Source of the DNA: Bacteroidota bacterium
Lineage (GTDB): Bacteria > Bacteroidota > Bacteroidia > 2-12-FULL-35-15
Assembly: GCA_947449315.1 (NCBI GenBank)
Contig: CANFRC010000010.1
Coordinates: 67,154 to 131,153, forward strand
Length of the DNA: 64,000 nt
Direction of reading: 5' to 3'
The notes beneath the pieces were generated by a model. The model did no database searches. It saw nothing but the letters and a program-made list of their open reading frames with translations, and was not told the DNA's origin. Shown piece after piece: positions 61,292 to 64,000 of the stretch; the first letter of the stretch is position 1; each line of letters starts with the position of its first letter. Both the position numbers and the translations under genes were made by a program.

Positions 61292-63079
61292 TTAATTCCC
61301 AATTACAAAATAACGAAATGTTGTTTCCTTGTTTAGTTGATCACCATTGGCTTTGATGATGAATGGCCATTGCGGTCCGATAGAAACATATTTACCATTG
61401 TATGCTTTGATTGCAATCCTGTTATCCTCCGCATTCAAATAAGTGATGGTAAATTTTTCGGTGGTGTGCGCTAATAATTCGGTGGCGGTAATTGCATTTT
61501 CATAGTTGCTTTTTACAGACCATAACAAACCGTTGCTGGAGCGGATACAAATGGTATCACCCTTTAAATGCTGAATAGCGAACTTACTCTCTGCCAACAC
61601 CCCTTTTGCGATAGCACCCATTGCATTTTGAGCCTGAGGATTCACAACCAGGTATAACAAATTACTTCCTCTTAATGAGATGGTGTTGTTCTCGTTCAAA
61701 TTTTCAAAATATGCTTTTGAATAATTCCGCTGAGGAAGGCCTTTCATTCTTCTATCCCAATCGTAAGGCTTTAACAGGTCTACCCATTCTGGAGAGGCCT
61801 TCGTCTGAAAGAAACCAAAGAAGTAGGCTTCTTTGCTCATGTCATCGAAATGGATCAAGCCATTTTTGTATTGCCAAGTCTGAAACAAATTCAACGTGAT
61901 AAAAAAAGTAAGTAGTACATACATTCCAATCTGCATCATCCTCTTTTTATCGGCTATATATGAAAAGCTGAATGCAAGAGGTAAACTTAAAAGAGCATAA
62001 TAATCGATCATAGGACGCATGCCCCAGCAAATACCATAGCTCCATGCCCACCAAGAGGACAATAAGAAAACTGTTATTGTCATAAAAATAGCGGTGGAAT
62101 AAAAAAGAGCACGATTTGTTCGGAACATCAATACCAAGCCGATCACAGCAAAAATTAATACTGGGGTGTACACAAAAACACCTTTACGAAAACTGAATAA
62201 GAAGGGAAGCATTTGCGGGCTGCTGAATACAAAATGTTCGTCGACATAAACATCGTACAACCATTTTCCAGTGGCGTATTTCCAATAAAATAGCTGCATC
62301 GAAGCAATAACAAAAGCGATGAATACCCCAATAAAAATAGACTTCCATTTGGGTTGTATGAAATGAAGAAAAGCTTTCCTTCCGCCCGAAGAAATTATTC
62401 CGTAGATGAGAAAGAAAAGAATGGAGACGATGCTCAGTGGACGGATCAATACAATAAGACCAAAAGCAACTGAAAAAAAGAGAATAAGTTGGGGAGTTCC
62501 TTTTTTCAGCCAATTGAAAAAAGTATACAGGCAGATGCACCACAAAGAAAAGGAGATCGCGTGTGGCATCAATCCTTCGAAAGAGGAATACCATAACAGA
62601 TTGGTTCCAAGCGTAAGGGTGCTCAAGGTAACAGCAACGATCTTTTCAGGAAAGTAATCGAGCAAAAGTTTTCTTAAAAAGTACACCCCTACGAACAGAT
62701 AAATCAACACACCTATACTTGCCGCATTCTGGTAAGGCATGGAATAGCCATCCTGTGAAGAACCGATCCATCCGGCGATGCAATGACCGATGATAAAAAA
62801 AGGGGAAAGCATAACGCTTATTCCCATTGGGTGTTTGATTAATTTTTTTCCCTTCTCGATTGTATAGTACCAAACTTTGTTTTTATAAAATTCGGGGTTC
62901 GCATCGATGTAACTCAAACTCAGATCATGCTGAATAATGGCTGCAGGAAGGTAGGTGTAATAGCTAGGTGCGTCGATGGTGATTCTGTTTCGTTTCCACA
63001 GATCAAAATAAAAGAAGATGCTGAGCAGAAAAGCAAAGATGAATGCAATTGCCCAAATGCTAAAGTGTTTGTTCTTCAT
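61292..63079 (-). CDS. Polytopic GT-C-like membrane protein (about 11-12 TM helices) with a C-terminal fascin-like beta-trefoil domain
   Basis: Residues 1-~440 are hydrophobic, with a first periplasmic loop carrying HDLS / YIDANPEFY acidic motifs. Residues ~470-595 show three ~40-aa repeats (ISLRGSNLLYLVV, ICIRSSNGLLWSV, IAIKAYNGKYVSI), the fascin-like trefoil signature. The start is 6 nt downstream of the MT-GT2 fusion. Confidence 0.5.
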   Translation of the reverse strand: MKNKHFSIWAIAFIFAFLLSIFFYFDLWKRNRITIDAPSYYTYLPAAIIQHDLSLSYIDANPEFYKNKVWYYTIEKGKKLIKHPMGISVMLSPFFIIGHCIAGWIGSSQDGYSMPYQNAASIGVLIYLFVGVYFLRKLLLDYFPEKIVAVTLSTLTLGTNLLWYSSFEGLMPHAISFSLWCICLYTFFNWLKKGTPQLILFFSVAFGLIVLIRPLSIVSILFFLIYGIISSGGRKAFLHFIQPKWKSIFIGVFIAFVIASMQLFYWKYATGKWLYDVYVDEHFVFSSPQMLPFLFSFRKGVFVYTPVLIFAVIGLVLMFRTNRALFYSTAIFMTITVFLLSSWWAWSYGICWGMRPMIDYYALLSLPLAFSFSYIADKKRMMQIGMYVLLTFFITLNLFQTWQYKNGLIHFDDMSKEAYFFGFFQTKASPEWVDLLKPYDWDRRMKGLPQRNYSKAYFENLNENNTISLRGSNLLYLVVNPQAQNAMGAIAKGVLAESKFAIQHLKGDTICIRSSNGLLWSVKSNYENAITATELLAHTTEKFTITYLNAEDNRIAIKAYNGKYVSIGPQWPFIIKANGDQLNKETTFRYFVIGN

Positions 63080-63124
63080 TTTTTTGCTAAAGACGCAAAG
63101 GTTATTTATTATTTTATCTTGATA

Positions 63125-63997
63125 CTAAAACGCTCCGTTCCGTTTCCGCATGAACCATTCGAAACTCAACAAGGCCAGGATCAAAAAGAAAATCCATTTC
63201 AAGTTAATCACATCTGTTAATTTTTTCTCAGAAAACGCTACCGATTTAATATCATCACGGGCATTTAATTTTTCAGCTAGTTGCTCCAGGTCGTTCGGAT
63301 ACACCATTTCACCATCATGTTTTTTCGAGAGGCTATACAACAACTGATGATCTGCAACGGTGTTCGTTAATTCAAGCTGCAAGGCACGCACACTAAATTC
63401 GCCATGCTGTTTGTAGAGCTTATCCCCTACTTTCACTTGCGCATCATAGGTGTATTCACCAACAGGCATCCTACCGGCATTCAGTATATATGCATTCGAC
63501 GTTTTGCTAAACGAATAATTGAATTTTTTATTCGAGCTGTTTGTAAATACGATATTCACTTCCGGCTCGTTGATCAACTCATAACTTTGGTTGTATACTT
63601 CTGCTTGCAGCTCCACCCGTTCGTTCTCGAGATAACTGTTTTTACCGATGACTCTGAAGAAGCTCTTATCTACTTTGACTGATAAATATTGAACCGTTTT
63701 AGAAACGAACTCATCAAACAACGTGTGATTGCCGTTTGCAGCAAAATCCTGCAGTCGCCATCGCCATAACCCTTCCCCGTTGAATACAGCCACTTTGGTA
63801 TCACCCGCTGCCGTAAAATACATCAGCGGTGATTTGGTCGCTACCATTCCAATCTGTTGATAAAACAAAACGTTGCTATTGTTATCTGTTGGTGAATTTC
63901 CGAAGGGACAGATCACTGCAGGAAAATCTTTTGTTGCTTTTTGTAATGCATCACTGATGGTAAACAAAGGGAAATTCGCATTCAAATCAGGTTGCAC
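63125..63997 (-). CDS. Hypothetical protein, 5'-partial (continues beyond the window end), with a C-terminal TM anchor
   Basis: The ORF runs to the window edge with no real start. The C-terminus is WIFFLILALLSFEWFMRKRNGAF. Confidence 0.35.
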   Translation of the reverse strand: MQPDLNANFPLFTISDALQKATKDFPAVICPFGNSPTDNNSNVLFYQQIGMVATKSPLMYFTAAGDTKVAVFNGEGLWRWRLQDFAANGNHTLFDEFVSKTVQYLSVKVDKSFFRVIGKNSYLENERVELQAEVYNQSYELINEPEVNIVFTNSSNKKFNYSFSKTSNAYILNAGRMPVGEYTYDAQVKVGDKLYKQHGEFSVRALQLELTNTVADHQLLYSLSKKHDGEMVYPNDLEQLAEKLNARDDIKSVAFSEKKLTDVINLKWIFFLILALLSFEWFMRKRNGAF

Positions 63998-64000
63998 TTC

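Noticed and set aside
1-64000. Mobile elements, integrases, phage genes, toxin-antitoxin pairs, restriction-modification or other defence systems
   Set aside because: I looked for transposase DDE motifs, tyrosine/serine recombinase motifs, inverted terminal repeats, phage structural genes and large ATPase/nuclease ORFs. None were seen. No tRNA gene was found to serve as an integration site. The only nuclease is a small DnaQ-like proofreading-type exonuclease.

Overview
This 64 kb window is AT-rich chromosomal DNA from a member of the Bacteroidota. Three things in the sequence support that call. Two secreted proteins end in type-IX-secretion C-terminal sorting domains. TAnnTTTG motifs (the Bacteroidota -7 promoter box) sit upstream of several genes. 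There are no obvious Shine-Dalgarno sequences. The window is densely coding, with about 55 CDS, and I found no rRNA, tRNA, CRISPR arrays, transposases, integrases or phage genes. Most of it is housekeeping: lpxD, rluD, ddl, rdgB, relA/spoT, fur, purA, lptD, ridA, lpdA, rsmB, recR, rplS, prfC and ilvE. Four stretches look accessory or unusual. (1) A 9.5 kb surface-polysaccharide locus at 9.8-19.4 kb with a sulfotransferase, six glycosyltransferases, galE, a zinc-ribbon methyltransferase and a Wzy/EpsG-like polymerase on the opposite strand. (2) A 900-aa protein made of two complete D-Ala-D-Ala-ligase-like modules fused in tandem. (3) A pair at 59.9-63.1 kb: a methyltransferase::polyprenyl-phosphate-glycosyltransferase fusion next to a polytopic GT-C-like membrane protein ending in a fascin-like beta-trefoil domain. 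(4) A thiol-disulfide / copper-chaperone redox cluster at 52.5-56.6 kb. I also note a trio of small paralogous membrane proteins, a split HdrED-like Fe-S/CCG membrane oxidoreductase, a GT2-polytopic-sugar-transferase-remnant fusion after recR, and several short-leader promoter candidates. Every functional call comes from motif recognition in the translated ORFs. I could not run any database search.
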